A stretch of DNA of 64,000 nt. Origin: the human T2T-CHM13v2.0 reference genome, Homo sapiens. The notes under the pieces are model-generated. The model ran no database searches. It was not told the origin of the DNA and saw only the letters and a list, made by a program, of their open reading frames with translations. Numbering within the stretch: the first letter of the stretch is position 1; the number at the start of each line of letters is the position of its first letter. The DNA is taken from the NCBI RefSeq assembly GCF_009914755.1, contig NC_060933.1; one strand, given 5' to 3'. This document shows, one piece after another, positions 54,001-64,000 of this stretch. The translations under genes were made by a program, and so were the position numbers.

Positions 54001-54332
54001 TCAGAGCAGGCTGAAATGAGCTAACGTTTGCTAAGCTGCCTGGACTATTCCTGAAATACAATGTGCTCAATTATACTTATTTTTCATACACAGTGTGAGA
54101 AAGTCCAGACAAAATAGGCGAGACCAAGAAATTACCAGGATCTCCACTACTCTCCCAAGCGTCTCCAGTGCTCTCCCAACAGCCAGGAGCACCCTCCCTC
54201 TCCAAGCCCCCAGAACTTCCTGTTGCGCCATATGCCAGCGGTGGAGAGGAGCCAGCGGGGACTCCTGAGGTTGCAAGTCCGGGCGGCGCCGCGTTGGGGA
54301 AGGAAGCGGACTGCGGCGGGGCGGGTGTTTAC

Positions 54333-54350
54333 CGTAACCGGCGCTGTCAT
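54333..54350 (-). CDS. TRPM6: TRPM6 exon 1C coding part (isoform c), MTAPVT
   Basis: ATG ACA GCG CCG GTT ACG|gtaaac; 18 nt, phase 0; start of ORF 54147..54350. Confidence 0.9.
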
Positions 54351-54734
54351 CGCTCCGGGACTCCTGCACGGGGAACACTGGGCGCACGGGGACGCGCAGG
54401 GGCGCGGAGGGACGGCCGTCTGGGCACTTCTCCAGCCGCCTCGGAAAGCCGCGACCCCCGGCTAGTCAGCGTCCGGGTCTGAGATCTGTGCCCGTGGCAG
54501 CTCAAAATGCGCCTTCTCTCCTCCGGATTCTCAGCTCAAGCCACCTCCGAACTCCTCTCCCTCCGGCCCGGAGCGGAATCACAGAGCTGCCTCCTCTCCC
54601 GGGGTGTTTCCCACCGCCCCGAGCTGAACCCCCGACCCCCGCTAGGTTTCCGCTCTGACACCACCTCCGCTATGGCCGCATCCCAGCTCTTGAAACGGGG
54701 GCTGCGGGACCTGCCCTGTAGTAGCGTACACTAC

Positions 54735-54752
54735 CTTAGATAGGATAATCAT
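54735..54752 (-). CDS. TRPM6: TRPM6 exon 1B coding part (isoform b), MIILSK
   Basis: caaagATG ATT ATC CTA TCT AAG|gtagtg; 18 nt, phase 0; matches the recalled TRPM6b N-terminus. Confidence 0.9.
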
Positions 54753-54927
54753 CTTTGGGTGGAGACCAGAGAACTTGAAAGCCGGTATTTCATAAATCCT
54801 AGCTATTCTAGATCCTCGTTAGATGTAGTGTCCCTGGCCCCACCCACTTCTATCTAAGGCCGGGGGCGCAGATCTAGCGAATCGCCTAAGGTCCTTGTTC
54901 CCCGCCAGTCGAGCAGCCTGAGCTTAC

Positions 54928-54960
54928 CTGCAAGCGCTCCAAGACAGGTTGTTCTTTCAT
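54928..54960 (-). CDS. TRPM6: TRPM6 exon 1A coding part (isoform a), MKEQPVLERLQ
   Basis: caaagATG AAA GAA CAA CCT GTC TTG GAG CGC TTG CAG|gtaagc; 33 nt, phase 0. Confidence 0.96.
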
Positions 54961-55496
54961 CTTTGATTTGCAGGCCCTGCTCCCAAAGCCCTGTCTGAGC
55001 TTTTAACTGTGGAGGCAGAAACTCTGGGCTCCACCTCCACACGCTGCCTTTTACAGCCCAGTGGATCTGTCACAATACCTTTCGGCTTCAGTTACCTAAC
55101 TGCCTAGAAAAGAAGGTGACTCTCAGTTTCCTTCGATAAAAGAAGAATAACGAGGATCAAATGGGATGGCCACTGTCATCACAGACATCCTTTGTAGTAA
55201 TGTATTGTTACTGTTGAGTCAGTGTGGGGCGTGAGGAGATCAGAGATTTAAGCTAATGCACTGCTTTTACTACCTGTGACTTATTGGGCATGTCAAGCCT
55301 CAGTTTATTTATCTGTGCAATGGGAATAATAGGGACAAAAATCCAGTTCCCTCACAAGGTTACAATGAACAAAGGAAATCACTTAATGTGCTTCATGTGT
55401 AACATACAATACAAATGTTTTGTTATTTCTGGTTTTTTTTTCATTTTTTTTGTTTGTTTTGTTTTGTTTTGGTGGATTCCTCTGGATAGGCATCTT

Positions 55497-57506
<2,010 letters not shown>

Positions 57507-57606
57507 TCATGCTGGGCACCAGGAAAACAAAGATGAATAAGACATTGTCCAGTCTACAAGTAGCTCAAGTTTATAAGAGGAAGATGAACAATCAAAAATG
57601 AAACTG

Positions 57607-63146
<5,540 letters not shown>

Positions 63147-63305
63147 AAATTTACTGACATGGAAAGGGGAAAATAGCAACTAGTAAAAGTAAATACAATC
63201 CCATTTTTAAAAATTTACATATGTAGAATGGAATATTCACAGGAAGGTTGTAGAAGAAAATATGCAGAATTGAACTGTTAACAAGGGAAGACATACTTAT
63301 AATAA

Positions 63306-63665
<360 letters not shown>

Positions 63666-63779
63666 TGATTCCTAAAGGGCAGAAAGGAGGGTCATTAAAA
63701 TTAGATAACTGCCACCAACAAAGCGCTAGACAAGCTGATAGATAACCATCTTCTTCCGCTCTTTTAAATCAAAATTGAC

Positions 63780-64000
63780 AATGTAGATTGTTTAATGGCC
63801 ACAAACTTTTCCCATGCCAGTTGGCACATACATTTGCAACAGCCCTCCCATGCAAAGGCAGAGTTTCTATTCACTCACTTGAGCCTGAGCTGGATTTGTG
63901 GCCAATAAAAGTGGCAAAAGTGACATGGTTTAAGTTTCTGAGCCTCCTCAGGCAGCCCCTGCAGCTTCAGCCTTCCTTCCATTTCCCATTTTTGCCTTAC
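63780..64000 (+). mobile_element. Possible MLT1-type LTR fragment
   Basis: tgtagattgtttaatggccac...tggccaataaaagtggcaaaagtgaca. Confidence 0.5.

Larger units (their letters stand above)
54220..54940. promoter_or_regulatory. CpG island / TRPM6 promoter region spanning the alternative first exons
   Basis: High GC and CpG density outside repeats; GC box ggggcggg near 54318; contains exons 1B/1C and abuts 1A. Confidence 0.85.

Noticed and set aside
54067-54743. Overlapping long ORFs on both strands in the CpG island
   Set aside because: Expected from stop-codon scarcity in GC-rich DNA; only the short donor-terminated parts are supported
55070-55100. Two donor-like sites (AAG|gtattg, TAG|gtaact) upstream of exon 1A
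   Set aside because: No evidence from sequence alone for an upstream exon or TSS

Overview
Human (hominid) genomic DNA containing the 5' part of TRPM6, the Mg2+-permeable channel-kinase, on the minus strand. There are three alternative coding first exons (1A MKEQPVLERLQ, 1B MIILSK, 1C MTAPVT) in a CpG-rich promoter at about 54.2-55.0 kb, then exons 2-6 at 25.8, 22.6, 9.3, 7.2 and 1.1 kb. All spliced junctions are GT-AG and phase-consistent, giving residues 1-223 of isoform a; the gene continues off the left edge. The rest is repeat-dense intron and upstream DNA: more than 50 Alu/FLAM/FAM copies, a full-length antisense SVA, a near full-length Tigger1, MER82, MER119, Tigger4b, Made1, MLT1 and MER21 LTRs, several L1s, and Y4 and U6 retropseudogenes. 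Almost all ORF-track entries are repeat translations. I found no prokaryote-style or clearly new multi-gene system. The most unusual signals are several short locally templated (template-switch-like) insertions, three TSD-flanked micro-insertions with A-tails and unidentified donors, a possible fourth phase-0 first exon, and a symmetric 39-nt Cys-rich exon 3. Repeat subfamily names and consensus comparisons come from memory, and repeat boundaries are approximate.
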